A DNA stretch of 32,000 nt from assembly GCA_026387835.1 (NCBI GenBank), contig JAPLKZ010000010.1, forward strand, positions 331,716 to 363,715, read 5' to 3'. This document shows, piece by piece, positions 8,621 through 18,745 of the stretch. The notes beneath the pieces are model-generated. The model had not been told where the DNA came from, made no database searches, and was given only the letters and a program-made list of their open reading frames with translations. The first letter of the stretch is position 1. The number at the start of each line of letters is the position of its first letter. The stretch is from Candidatus Saganbacteria bacterium (lineage in GTDB: Bacteria; Margulisbacteria; WOR-1; JAKLHX01). The translations under genes were made by a program, and so were the position numbers.

Positions 8621-9115
8621 CTAAATATTGTTGTTTTTGTCTGCGCGCGAATGCAATCGCGAGATCGTTTCCTGTAGCGTTCCCATCGGGCATATCACGC
8701 ACCAGCTTCTCGGTTTATAGATCGCTCCGACAATAGTCCCTAATACAGTTGTTAATATACACATTGATATAAAAGCCGCTCCTATGGTGATCCAGTTCCC
8801 TCCCGTTCTAATGATAATTGATATCAAATACCCAATTAATAGAACAAATACCGACCATCTGAACCATTTCTTTGAGAATATTCCGGGCAAATTATTCTTC
8901 CGGCTGAAGAACGGGACAACAATTTCCAGAAAAGATCCGCGCGGGCATAAGAACCAGCACCAGTATCTTTTTTTGAAGAATGAAAGAGCTGAAAAGAATA
9001 TTATCATGCCAAGGACCAGATAGCCGATCACGGGCCATATAAGGCCGCCGATCAAGATGATAGGTAAAAGCCATATCATTATTAATTGCGATGTTTTATA
9101 TTTAGCGGTAACCAT
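8621..9115 (-). CDS. small polytopic membrane protein with two CxxCP motifs (Fer4_5 / NapH-like 4Fe-4S-binding type)
   Basis: 164 aa with about 4 hydrophobic helices. Motifs YWCWFLCPRGS and SWCVICPMGTL. Its start codon directly abuts the thiF stop (9116/9115). Confidence 0.75.
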   Translation of the reverse strand: MVTAKYKTSQLIMIWLLPIILIGGLIWPVIGYLVLGMIIFFSALSFFKKRYWCWFLCPRGSFLEIVVPFFSRKNNLPGIFSKKWFRWSVFVLLIGYLISIIIRTGGNWITIGAAFISMCILTTVLGTIVGAIYKPRSWCVICPMGTLQETISRLHSRADKNNNI

Positions 9116-9727
9116 TTATTTTCCCTTCAATACTTGTTCGAGCGCCACGGAAGCCATCAGCGCCGCGCATGCTATCACCCTCGGGGCCAAAGGGGGGGTT
9201 TCTTTTCCGGCATATGTTTCCTCATCTCCGACTATATAGACGTTTTTTCTGGCTTTCCTGATCTTGATATGCGTCTCATTTTTTATGCCCGCCATACCGC
9301 TCCCCATGATCAGGATCTTGTCTGTATTTCCGAAGCTCTCAAGGAATAGTTTCTTTGACTGAGCATTATCAAAAGCTTCGAAAATAACATCTCTGTCTTT
9401 GTAGTATTCTAAAATATTGCTTCTGTCGAGATGGATCTTTTTTGCCTTTATCTTTGCGTCGGGATTTATAAGGAGTATTTTCTTCGCTGTTGTATCGACT
9501 TTAGAGGCCCCTATCTCGCCGAGAAAATAATTCTGCCTGTTAAGATTGCTTGCTTCAATGACGTCCTCATCAATGATCTCAAAGTCCTTGAACCCTGACC
9601 TTACTATGGCATTGGCTATATTTGAACCTAACCCTCCGCAACCCGCAATGCCAATCTTTGTCTTTTGAATGATGCCGAGCTGTTCTTTTGTAAAGTATTT
9701 TAGTAGCCCTTTTTCAAATTCGTTCAT
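9116..9727 (-). CDS. thiF: ThiF/MoeB/HesA-family E1-like adenylyltransferase (short ThiF family-2 type)
   Basis: 203 aa with the Rossmann motif IGIAGCGGLGSNIA...IIDEDVIEASNLNRQ. It has no rhodanese or CxxC zinc domain. Confidence 0.85.
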   Translation of the reverse strand: MNEFEKGLLKYFTKEQLGIIQKTKIGIAGCGGLGSNIANAIVRSGFKDFEIIDEDVIEASNLNRQNYFLGEIGASKVDTTAKKILLINPDAKIKAKKIHLDRSNILEYYKDRDVIFEAFDNAQSKKLFLESFGNTDKILIMGSGMAGIKNETHIKIRKARKNVYIVGDEETYAGKETPPLAPRVIACAALMASVALEQVLKGK

Positions 9728-9928
9728 TTACCCGCCCCCGACAAAAGATATTATTTCGATCTTGTCGTTCTCGTTCAAATAAGTCTTGCCCCATTCTTCA
9801 CCTTTAAGGATCTTCCCGTTGTGCTCGATAACGGCTCTCGCGGAGTCGAGTTTGTGCATGCTTGCCAGATACCTGATGTTCACGGACCGGGGAGTTTCTT
9901 TTTCTTCGCCGTTTACTATAATCTTCAT
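9728..9928 (-). CDS. thiS: ThiS/MoaD-family sulfur carrier protein (C-terminal GG)
   Basis: 66 aa with a beta-grasp-like sequence ending ...IEIISFVGGG immediately before the stop. It has an ATGA overlap with metW. Confidence 0.85.
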   Translation of the reverse strand: MKIIVNGEEKETPRSVNIRYLASMHKLDSARAVIEHNGKILKGEEWGKTYLNENDKIEIISFVGGG

Positions 9929-10539
9929 TTTTCTCCTCCGTTTTTCCGCGACAGCACGAACAGTCCTGTTGTTGCGAACATGTTGGGAAAAATGAAGGCT
10001 TTTTTCTTTTCCCCGATAAATATCTTTCTTTCAATGTTTATCCTGTTCTTTTTGCAGAAATCGATAAAATCATATATCGTCAAGAATCTCACGTTCGGTG
10101 TTTCGAACCATTTATAAGGGAGTGATGCTGTGACCGGCATCCTTCCTCTTAAAACAAGCTGTAATCTTGATTTATAGTAGGCGAAATTCGGGATCCCTAC
10201 GATGACCTTATTGCCCACCCTGATAGCGTCGTCAAGGACCTTTTCCACGTGCGCTACCTGCTGGAGACTCTGGTTAAGTATGACGTAGTCGAACGATTTA
10301 TCCCTGTATTCAGAGAGGCCTGAATCGATGTCGCCGTGAAAAACGCTCAGCCCTTTTTCAACGCACTCCCGGACAGCTTTTTCGTCGATCTCTATGCCGA
10401 CGATCCTGGCCTTTTTTTCCTGTTCAAGCAGCTGCATCAGCTCGCCTGGGCCGCATCCGAGATCAAGGATGCTTGTCCTTGCATCTACGATCTCAAGTAT
10501 CTGCCTGTGGTCCGGCCTTAGTTTCCCCCAGTCGATCAT
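9925..10539 (-). CDS. metW: methionine biosynthesis protein MetW
   Basis: 204 aa with the SAM-MTase-like motif ILDLGCGPGELM. Also carries FDYVILNQSLQQV, IVGIPNF and GRMPVTASLPYKWFETPNVRFLTIYDF, typical of MetW. Confidence 0.9.
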   Translation of the reverse strand: MIDWGKLRPDHRQILEIVDARTSILDLGCGPGELMQLLEQEKKARIVGIEIDEKAVRECVEKGLSVFHGDIDSGLSEYRDKSFDYVILNQSLQQVAHVEKVLDDAIRVGNKVIVGIPNFAYYKSRLQLVLRGRMPVTASLPYKWFETPNVRFLTIYDFIDFCKKNRINIERKIFIGEKKKAFIFPNMFATTGLFVLSRKNGGEK

Positions 10540-10540
10540 G

Positions 10541-11677
10541 TTAATCTCTGCCCCTTTCGACTTTCGCCAGAAAATGTTTTATCAGGTGTGTAAGTTCTTT
10601 TGTCTCAAGCAGAAAAGCATCGTGTCCGTATGTTGAATCGATCTCGCAATAAGATGTGTCGAGCCCTGCTCTTTTGCATGCTTTGACGATCTCCTTTGAG
10701 TGGTGCGTCGGATAAAGCCAGTCCGATTTCATCGCGATTGCAAGGATTTTTACGTCGCCTCCAATGAGCGCTTCTTCGAGCGGTTTGCCTTTAGATGCAT
10801 CATAATAGTCCATGGCCTTTGTTATGTAAAGATATGAGTTCGCATCAAATCTTTTTACAAAACTATCCCCTTTGTATTGCAGGTATTTTTCAACCTCGAA
10901 ATGCGCGTCAAACTTGGCCGGCAGTTTCTTTTCATTCTTTTGCCTGCCGAATTTTTCTTCCATCGAGACATCGCTCATATAAGTTATGTGCCCAAGCATG
11001 CGTGCAAGCGCCAGCCCTTTTGCCGGAATTTCCTGCCCGTAATATTTCCCCTCGTTCCAGTTTGGGTCAGACATTATTGCTTGTCGTCCCACTTCGTGGA
11101 ACGCTATCTGCTGCGGGGAGTGCTTTGATGATGTGGCAATCGGTATCGCGCTGTGTATCATGCCCGGATATTTTACCAGCCATGAGACTGCCTGCATGCC
11201 GCCCATCGATCCTCCCGCAACCCCCAGAAGTTTCTTTATGCCAAGATGCTCGACCAGTTTTTTCTGTGCACTGACCATATCTCCGATCGTTATGAACGGA
11301 AAATCCAGAGAATAAGGATTGCCGGTGGCCTGATTTATTGATGATGGCCCTGTGGATCCGCTGCAGCCGCCAAGCACATTTGAACATATGATGAAATACT
11401 TATCCGTATCAAAAGCTTTTCCCGGACCGACCATTTCATCCCACCAGCCCGGCTTTTTATCATCTGCACTGTATCTTCCGGCAACATGGCTGTCTCCTGA
11501 AAGTGCGTGAAGAAGCAGGATGCCATTTTCCGCATCTTCATCAAGCTTTCCGTAAGTCTCGTATGCGAGGGTTATCGGGCCAAGCTTCTCCCCGCTTTCG
11601 AGGATTAAGCCATGCGAGCCTTCCCCAAAAGTGAAGTATTTCTTTTCTACGGTCCAGATACTCCCCTTTTTTATCAT
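10541..11677 (-). CDS. metX: homoserine O-acyltransferase MetX
   Basis: 378 aa alpha/beta hydrolase with the nucleophile motif GGSMGGMQA. Also carries [10 protein letters not shown] and a C-terminal GHDAFL. Confidence 0.93.
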   Translation of the reverse strand: MIKKGSIWTVEKKYFTFGEGSHGLILESGEKLGPITLAYETYGKLDEDAENGILLLHALSGDSHVAGRYSADDKKPGWWDEMVGPGKAFDTDKYFIICSNVLGGCSGSTGPSSINQATGNPYSLDFPFITIGDMVSAQKKLVEHLGIKKLLGVAGGSMGGMQAVSWLVKYPGMIHSAIPIATSSKHSPQQIAFHEVGRQAIMSDPNWNEGKYYGQEIPAKGLALARMLGHITYMSDVSMEEKFGRQKNEKKLPAKFDAHFEVEKYLQYKGDSFVKRFDANSYLYITKAMDYYDASKGKPLEEALIGGDVKILAIAMKSDWLYPTHHSKEIVKACKRAGLDTSYCEIDSTYGHDAFLLETKELTHLIKHFLAKVERGRD

Positions 11678-11683
11678 ATTTTT

Positions 11684-12610
11684 CTACTCTTCAAATAACC
11701 AGGTCGAAAGGTACCTTTCCCCGGTATCAGGAAGAAGGACGATTATCGTTTTGCCTTTGGATTCCGGTCTTTTTGCCACTTCAATCGCTGCCCAGAGTGC
11801 GGCGCCGCTCGAAATGCCGACCAAAAGTCCTTCTTTTTTTGCAGCGAGTCTGGCCAACTGTCCTGCGTCTTCATTCGAGACCTTTATTATCTCATCTACC
11901 GTCTTTGAGTTGTAGATCTTAGGAACAAACCCCGCCCCTATCCCCTGTATCTTGTGAGCTCCAGGAGAACCGCCCGACAGTACCGGAGAATCTTTCGGTT
12001 CCACTGCTATGATCTTTACGTCGTTCTTCTTTTTTTTGAGGGCTTCACCTACTCCGGTAATTGTCCCTCCGGTCCCGACTCCCGCGATAAATATATCAAC
12101 CTTTCCGTCGGTATCGCTCCAGATCTCTTCGGCAGTGGTCTTCCTGTGGATCTCGGGGTTTTCCGGGTTCTCGAACTGCTGCGGTACAAAGCTGTTGGGA
12201 ATGCTCTGGTGCAGCTCCTGTGTTTTCGCAATAGCTCCCGACATTCCTTTTGTCCCGTCGGTCAGGACAAGTTCCGCGCCGAAGATCTTGAAAAGCTTTC
12301 TTCTTTCGATGCTCATGGTCTCGGGCATCGTAAGTATAAGGCGGTATCCTCTTGACGCGCAGATAAATGCCAGGGCTATGCCGGTATTACCGCTCGTCGG
12401 CTCGATTATCACGGTGTCTTTTTTTATAAGCCCTTTCTTCTCCGCGTCTTCGATAAGGGCTATCCCGAGCCTGTCTTTTACGCTTGAGAGTGGGTTGAAT
12501 GATTCGAGCTTTGCAATGACCGTTGCCCCCAGACCCTCGGCTAATTTGTTGATCCTGACCAAAGGCGTTCTGCCGATAGTCTTAGTTATGTCTTCAAATA
12601 TCTTTGTCAT
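11684..12610 (-). CDS. cysK: cysteine synthase A (O-acetylserine sulfhydrylase)
   Basis: 308 aa. Motifs: [14 protein letters not shown] (PLP lysine), [16 protein letters not shown] and [19 protein letters not shown]. Confidence 0.93.
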   Translation of the reverse strand: MTKIFEDITKTIGRTPLVRINKLAEGLGATVIAKLESFNPLSSVKDRLGIALIEDAEKKGLIKKDTVIIEPTSGNTGIALAFICASRGYRLILTMPETMSIERRKLFKIFGAELVLTDGTKGMSGAIAKTQELHQSIPNSFVPQQFENPENPEIHRKTTAEEIWSDTDGKVDIFIAGVGTGGTITGVGEALKKKKNDVKIIAVEPKDSPVLSGGSPGAHKIQGIGAGFVPKIYNSKTVDEIIKVSNEDAGQLARLAAKKEGLLVGISSGAALWAAIEVAKRPESKGKTIIVLLPDTGERYLSTWLFEE

Positions 12611-12625
12611 CGGTTCATCCTCCTT

Positions 12626-13930
<1,305 letters not shown>

Positions 13931-13943
13931 TTATTTTTTTGCC

Positions 13944-13982
13944 GGTCCTTTAGGCCTTGTTTTTCCCAAGCCTAAGAGGACC
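13944..13982 (-). promoter_or_regulatory. long imperfect hairpin in the metY leader
   Basis: GGTCCTTTAGGCCTTG (13944-13959) pairs with CAAGCCTAAGAGGACC (13967-13982), with one bulge and a 7-nt loop. On the minus-strand RNA it is followed by an A-run, not a U-run. Confidence 0.55.
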
Positions 13983-13987
13983 CGCTT

Positions 13988-14038
13988 TTAATTTTGCTTA
14001 GACTGGTTTTTCCCGACACGCATACCGTCATCGTCCAT
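13988..14038 (-). CDS. candidate 16-codon micro-ORF (MDDDGMRVGKNQSKQN) in the Rrf2-metY spacer
   Basis: AAGGAGGTG lies 5 nt upstream of the ATG at 14038. The stop lies 5 nt upstream of the hairpin. Too short for compositional support. Confidence 0.3.
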   Translation of the reverse strand: MDDDGMRVGKNQSKQN

Positions 14039-14052
14039 AGGTCCACCTCCTT

Positions 14053-14490
14053 TTATATAAAGTAATTTGTCCCCTTGCTTTTTAACTGGTTTTTTTCAAT
14101 AAGGTCCTGTAATGTAATCCCGGACAGGTATTTTTTTATGTTTTGTGCCATCCCGTCCCACACGTCCATTGTCACGCATTGAAGGGCCCTTTTGCATGAA
14201 TCGGGATCGTCAACACAATCGACAAAATTGATTGGCCCCTCGAGTAATGATACGATTTCTTCCAAATTTATCTTTGCCGGCTTTTTTGCCAAAATATAGC
14301 CGCCCTTTGAGCCGCGGATCGAATTTACCAGCCCCGCATTTTTAAGCGGCGGGATAAGCTGCCATAAATATTTTTCCGAGATCTCCTGTCTTTTTGATAT
14401 GTCCTTCAATAAGGCCGGCCCCTGGCCGAAATGGAGCGCCAGATCGAGCATTAACCTCACTCCATATCTCCCTTTTGTAGACAGCTTCAT
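14053..14490 (-). CDS. Rrf2-family transcriptional regulator (three-Cys cluster-ligand type)
   Basis: 145 aa beginning MKLSTKGRYGVRLMLDLA, with a wHTH and SIRGSKGGY. It also has CVDDPDSCKRALQC, a C-x6-C-x5-C pattern. Confidence 0.9.
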   Translation of the reverse strand: MKLSTKGRYGVRLMLDLALHFGQGPALLKDISKRQEISEKYLWQLIPPLKNAGLVNSIRGSKGGYILAKKPAKINLEEIVSLLEGPINFVDCVDDPDSCKRALQCVTMDVWDGMAQNIKKYLSGITLQDLIEKNQLKSKGTNYFI

Positions 14491-14514
14491 AAATAAAACC
14501 TCGGATAATCTATC

Positions 14515-14570
14515 TCTACTAATTCTATCGCATTACTAGACATTATACTTGCATTTAATTTCCCTGTCAA
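14515..14570 (-). promoter_or_regulatory. consensus sigma70 promoter (TTGACA-17-TATAAT) plus inverted-repeat operator candidate for the Rrf2 operon
   Basis: On the minus strand, TTGACA is at 14570-14565 and TATAAT at 14547-14542. The inverted repeat TCTAGTAAT-N8-ATTAGTAGA (8/9 symmetric) lies at 14540-14515. Confidence 0.55.
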
Positions 14571-14599
14571 GGCCTTACTTTTTATTTAGTTAATCTGCA

Positions 14600-15030
14600 T
14601 TATTGGCTGTTCCAGAGAGGTAGTCCCGTGGCTTTGTCTTTTCCCCTGATAAGTTCTCCTCCTGTCAACTCTTGAACGTGAAATTCTGCCACAAATATCT
14701 CCGTTCCCGGTATCAAATGCCGCCGAAAGCTTTTCCGTCAAAATCCGCAAGAGTGATGTGGGCATGCACAAATATTTCGCCGTCTTTGATCGATATGTTG
14801 CCTGTACATGAAGATATCTCAAGCTTTTTATTGATCTCGACGCAGCCCGTGTACTGTTTTTGTTCCTGGTCATAGTACCCGAGCTTTGCATTTCTGACCG
14901 CTCCGATCAGATTAAAAACGCCAAGGCGGATGTTTTCTTTCTTGCACAGATCGTTCAATGACGCAAGCAGGTCTTCGCCTGATTCGAACCTGCCGATGAA
15001 TGACCTTCCCTCCTGCGGTTTTATATACAT
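14600..15030 (-). pseudogene. PPC (DUF296) domain DNA-binding protein, interrupted by a 1-nt frameshift
   Basis: Frame A (15030-14713) ends ...HITLADFDGKAFGGI*. The -1 frame from 14719 reads HLIPGTEIFVAEFHVQELTGGELIRGKDKATGLPLWNSQ*. This is the expected GGHL... continuation of the domain. Confidence 0.8.
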
Positions 15031-15065
15031 GTCTTTATTATACTAATGTTATAATTTGATTGCCA

Positions 15066-15710
15066 ATGCAAGACCAAAAAGAACATGCAAACAGGATTAT
15101 CGGCATATTATCAAAAAAATATCCGGATGCCGGCATAGCACTTCAATATAAAACCCCTTTTCAGCTTTTGGTCGTTGTTATCCTGTCAGCGCAATCGACA
15201 GATAAACAGGTCAACAAACTTTCTCCTGCCCTTTTTAAAATACTTAAGACGGCGAAAGACTTCGCGAAGGCCGACGTCAAAGAGATAGAAAAATATATCT
15301 ATTCTTCCGGGTTTTTCAGGGCAAAAGCAAAAAATATAAAGGCTATGGCGCAGATGCTGCTTTCTGATTATGGCGGCGTTGTCCCCGATTCAATGGAAGC
15401 GTTGATAAGGCTACCAGGGGTTGCAAGGAAAACTGCGAATGTAGTTCTTTTTAATGCTTTTAATAAGAACGAGGGGATTGCTGTGGATACTCACGTTATC
15501 AGGCTTTCTCAACGTCTCGGCCTTTCAAAATACTCAGACCCGGTAAAGATAGAGCGGGACCTTATGGAGCTTTTCCCTAAAAATATGTGGGGCAAGATAA
15601 CATATTATCTGATCGAGCACGGCAGGAATATCTGCGACGCGAAGAGGCCTAAATGCGAGATATGTCCGGTAAAAAAGCTTTGCCCCTATTTTAAGTCGGT
15701 TCTATACTAG
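15066..15710 (+). CDS. nth: endonuclease III
   Basis: Carries the HhH-GPD motif LPGVARKTANVVL and the C-terminal C-x6-C-x2-C-x5-C cluster (CDAKRPKCEICPVKKLC). The start could be the TTG at 15060 or the ATG at 15066. Confidence 0.92.
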   Translation: MQDQKEHANRIIGILSKKYPDAGIALQYKTPFQLLVVVILSAQSTDKQVNKLSPALFKILKTAKDFAKADVKEIEKYIYSSGFFRAKAKNIKAMAQMLLSDYGGVVPDSMEALIRLPGVARKTANVVLFNAFNKNEGIAVDTHVIRLSQRLGLSKYSDPVKIERDLMELFPKNMWGKITYYLIEHGRNICDAKRPKCEICPVKKLCPYFKSVLY

Positions 15711-15713
15711 CTG

Positions 15714-16955
15714 TTATTCCAGCGGTATCGATGTTCTTTCAATATCCTCTTCGGCCTCATCCCTATATTGTCCCGGTTTGTCCTTCGCGTGCAGTATTTG
15801 AATTGATATTTTTGTAAGCCTTACGTCGTGAACGGTTTGCACGTCCGGACCAAGGGCAAATATGACAAATGATTTTGTTATGCTACTTTTGCAGGAGATT
15901 ACATCAACAGTGCGGTCTCCGAACATTGTTTCTCTTTTTATTGCTTCTTCCAGCGAAACCGGGAAAGCCGTATTGGCAAATTCCCAGCCTATAGCTCTTG
16001 TCCTGGGATGGCCTACGGTCTCTGCCCAGGGTGTATTCCATCTTGCCAGGTTCTCTGCCCAGCGCACCAAAAACGGATATTGTTCCCTGCTCCAGATACA
16101 TCCCAGAGAGATCCCCAGCTTTAAATTCCTTACAACGAACCACCCGAAGGGGCTTGTTTTTGGCATGTGCATCGTGGCGCAGTCGCTTTCCGGAACTTTC
16201 GGGAACACGCTCAGGTCGATCAGCGACCCGTCTTCCGCGGGCGCCAAAGGATATTCAAACTCTTCCCCTCTTGTTAAAAGCTGCTTTGTCGGTTCGCCTG
16301 CCCGCGGAGTAAAGAATTCATAAGGAAATGTCACGCCTCTCGTTCCTTTTGGCAGGTATGTCACTGAATCTGCCATAAATTCCCAGCTGAATGTCATATG
16401 CTGGGCAATGGTCGCTATTCTTGTTGTGCTTGCTAGTCTGTTGGAAAATGTGTCATCGAAGCCTATTGCCTGTGCTCCCCTGGAAAATCCGATCTCCCTG
16501 TTCACTGCTGTATTTGTGATCGGCAGTTTTGCGTTCATTGTCAGGCCGTTTCTGTTTATTTTAGACAAGGCGGCTGTCCATGGAACTTTATTGACTTCGC
16601 CGTGAGCGCCCCCAAAAACTTTCAGCTCTCCTCCGCCGAAAATCGGGAAACACATGTTCAGTCCGGTTATTCCGGCGAGTAGCGGGCCGTCGCATCCCGC
16701 ACCAAAAATTTGGTATTCCGGTCTCCTGAGATCGAATTTGTCGGGTTCCTGTGATTGCCACGGCGGTATCCATAGCGGGTTTATTGTTTTCCCTGCACTT
16801 TGTATCAGTATTTCCGGGATAGATCCGCCTACTTTGTGTATTGTAATTCTGTCGATATTTGTCCCTTTTCTGTCAGTTGAAAGTGCCGCCTGAACTGCCT
16901 TCCTCCCGTTAAAAACAGTATCCCGGGTTATTGTGGCCGAAAACGTCGTTTTCAT
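15714..16955 (-). CDS. conserved-looking hypothetical protein, possibly galactose-mutarotase-like fold
   Basis: 413-aa clean ORF with an AAAGGAG SD. It has weak aldose-epimerase-like landmarks (FPIFGGG...GAHGEV..PW and IGWEFANTAFP). The function is not established. Confidence 0.75.
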   Translation of the reverse strand: MKTTFSATITRDTVFNGRKAVQAALSTDRKGTNIDRITIHKVGGSIPEILIQSAGKTINPLWIPPWQSQEPDKFDLRRPEYQIFGAGCDGPLLAGITGLNMCFPIFGGGELKVFGGAHGEVNKVPWTAALSKINRNGLTMNAKLPITNTAVNREIGFSRGAQAIGFDDTFSNRLASTTRIATIAQHMTFSWEFMADSVTYLPKGTRGVTFPYEFFTPRAGEPTKQLLTRGEEFEYPLAPAEDGSLIDLSVFPKVPESDCATMHMPKTSPFGWFVVRNLKLGISLGCIWSREQYPFLVRWAENLARWNTPWAETVGHPRTRAIGWEFANTAFPVSLEEAIKRETMFGDRTVDVISCKSSITKSFVIFALGPDVQTVHDVRLTKISIQILHAKDKPGQYRDEAEEDIERTSIPLE

Positions 16956-17047
16956 GATATTAGTCTCCTTTAAGTTTTATCGTCAATATATCTATCGAAT
17001 GGATTATTTGAAAATTTCAGTGAATTTTGGGGTCGGGTTATTTTGTT

Positions 17048-18676
17048 CTAGAAAAGAGAGTTTGCCGTCATATCCGCGGGTTTTTTAAGGCTCATGAGGC
17101 CGACAATTGTTGTTCCGATATCGGGAATAATCCCTTCGCTTTTCAAGCTGACTTCTTTCCCGATGATCCAGAACGGAACTTTGTTTAATGAATGCTGGGT
17201 GCTGACGATCTCTTTCCCGTTCGTTTCAAAATACATCTCGTCACAATTGCCGTGATCCGCAGTTAAGATAAAGACCCCGCCTTTTGAAGTCCACGCCGGC
17301 ACGAGCTTTTCAAGGCATTTGGAAATATCGCATATCGCTTCTGTCGCAGCTTTTAAATTCCCCGTATGTCCGACCATGTCGCCGTTCTGGAAATTGTGCA
17401 CTATGAGGGAATATTTGCCGCTTTCTATAGCTTTAAGTGAATAATCGGTCTCAAGGAAGGCCGTCATCTCCGGCACCCAGTCGTAATGTTTTCCCTCCTG
17501 AGTTCTTTCCTTGAGCTTCATGTCCTGGGCTAGATGCCTGTCTTCTCCCGGAAAAGGTTCCGCCCTTCTTCCCGAGAACCAGGCTGTTACGTGCGCGAAT
17601 TTTTCCGGGCCTGCAAGACGCAGCTGTTTCAGCCCGGCCCTCGAGATGACTTCTCCAACGGTGTCCGGTATTTCCTTTTCCGGAAAGGCTGTCAGCCCGT
17701 GAAGACCGGGATAATACTCTGTCATCGCCACAAAAACGAACGGCTGGATACCTTTTTGAAGGCCAAGTATTTGTTTATATATATCTTCATCTATAGGCTT
17801 CGTGCCTTTTTTGTAATCAAAGAATTTTTTATCCTGCTCGCAGAACGTCGTTGTCAGCTGTATCGTCCTGTCCTGCCTGAAATTAAAGTAGATAACGGAA
17901 TCTTTTGGTTTTATGCCTTTATAATCGCCGATTATCGTCGGTCTTATGAATTCGTCCGTATCCCCTCTTTTGTACGAATCCTCTATCGCCTGCCTTGCAG
18001 TATCGGATTTATATTCTCCCTGTCCGAGCACTAAAGCTTTCATTGCGATCAGCGTCTTGTCCCATGCCGTGTCGCGGTCCATCGCGATCTCGCGCCCCAT
18101 CACTGAAGCAATCTTTACCACACCGGAAAGCCCGAGCTCCGCAATCTTATCCTCGAGCATCTTCAGGTAGATCTCTCCCGCAGCCTTAGGGTTTGTATCG
18201 CGGCCGTCGGTGAATAAATGAATTTTGACGTTTTTGAGCGTGTTCCTTTTTACAAGATCGAGAAGTGCATAAAGATGCAGGATGCTCCCGTGGACTGTCC
18301 CGCCATGCCCCTGGAGTATTCCCATAAGATGGAGCGTTGAATCGTTCTTTTTACAGTTGTCTACAGCTTTCGTCAAAGCTTCGTTCTTGAAAAAACTCCC
18401 ATCGTTTATCGCGACGTTTATCCTCTCGATCGATTGGTATACAACCCTTCCTGCTCCCATATTGAGATGATTTACCTCGGAATTGCCCATCGTTCCTGCC
18501 GGAAGGCCGACAGCCAGGCCGCTGCATTCCAGCTTTGAATAAGGGTGTTTTTCAAAAAGTTCTTTTATAAAAGGTGCATTGCCTGACTTTATCGCGTCAT
18601 AGATCGCGTTGCTTTCGTCCTGTTTCCCGAGCGCGAAGCCATCGAGGATGCATAGATATACCCTGTTATTTCCCAC
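17048..18676 (-). CDS. gpmI: 2,3-bisphosphoglycerate-independent phosphoglycerate mutase
   Basis: 542 aa. Motifs: LCILDGFA, GNSEVNHLNMGAGRVV, FTDGRD and TADHGNCDEM. It uses a GTG start. Confidence 0.93.
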   Translation of the reverse strand: MGNNRVYLCILDGFALGKQDESNAIYDAIKSGNAPFIKELFEKHPYSKLECSGLAVGLPAGTMGNSEVNHLNMGAGRVVYQSIERINVAINDGSFFKNEALTKAVDNCKKNDSTLHLMGILQGHGGTVHGSILHLYALLDLVKRNTLKNVKIHLFTDGRDTNPKAAGEIYLKMLEDKIAELGLSGVVKIASVMGREIAMDRDTAWDKTLIAMKALVLGQGEYKSDTARQAIEDSYKRGDTDEFIRPTIIGDYKGIKPKDSVIYFNFRQDRTIQLTTTFCEQDKKFFDYKKGTKPIDEDIYKQILGLQKGIQPFVFVAMTEYYPGLHGLTAFPEKEIPDTVGEVISRAGLKQLRLAGPEKFAHVTAWFSGRRAEPFPGEDRHLAQDMKLKERTQEGKHYDWVPEMTAFLETDYSLKAIESGKYSLIVHNFQNGDMVGHTGNLKAATEAICDISKCLEKLVPAWTSKGGVFILTADHGNCDEMYFETNGKEIVSTQHSLNKVPFWIIGKEVSLKSEGIIPDIGTTIVGLMSLKKPADMTANSLF

Positions 18677-18710
18677 AGCAATATTATACTACAAGTTGGC
18701 CATATGATAC

Positions 18711-18739
18711 TTGACCGTTTCGCTCAAGTATAGTATTAT
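18711..18739 (+). promoter_or_regulatory. candidate promoter TTGACC-17-TATTAT placed for a leaderless Rrf2 transcript
   Basis: The -10 hexamer ends exactly 6 nt before the ATG at 18746. There is no SD in between. Confidence 0.45.
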
Positions 18740-18745
18740 TTTATT

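Noticed and set aside
14586-14891. 101-aa minus-strand ORF and 67-aa plus-strand ORF (14672-14875) listed in the track
   Set aside because: They overlap the PPC/DUF296 gene in the wrong frame or strand. The real downstream half of that gene is the third frame (14719-14600), which the track omits because it lacks a start codon.
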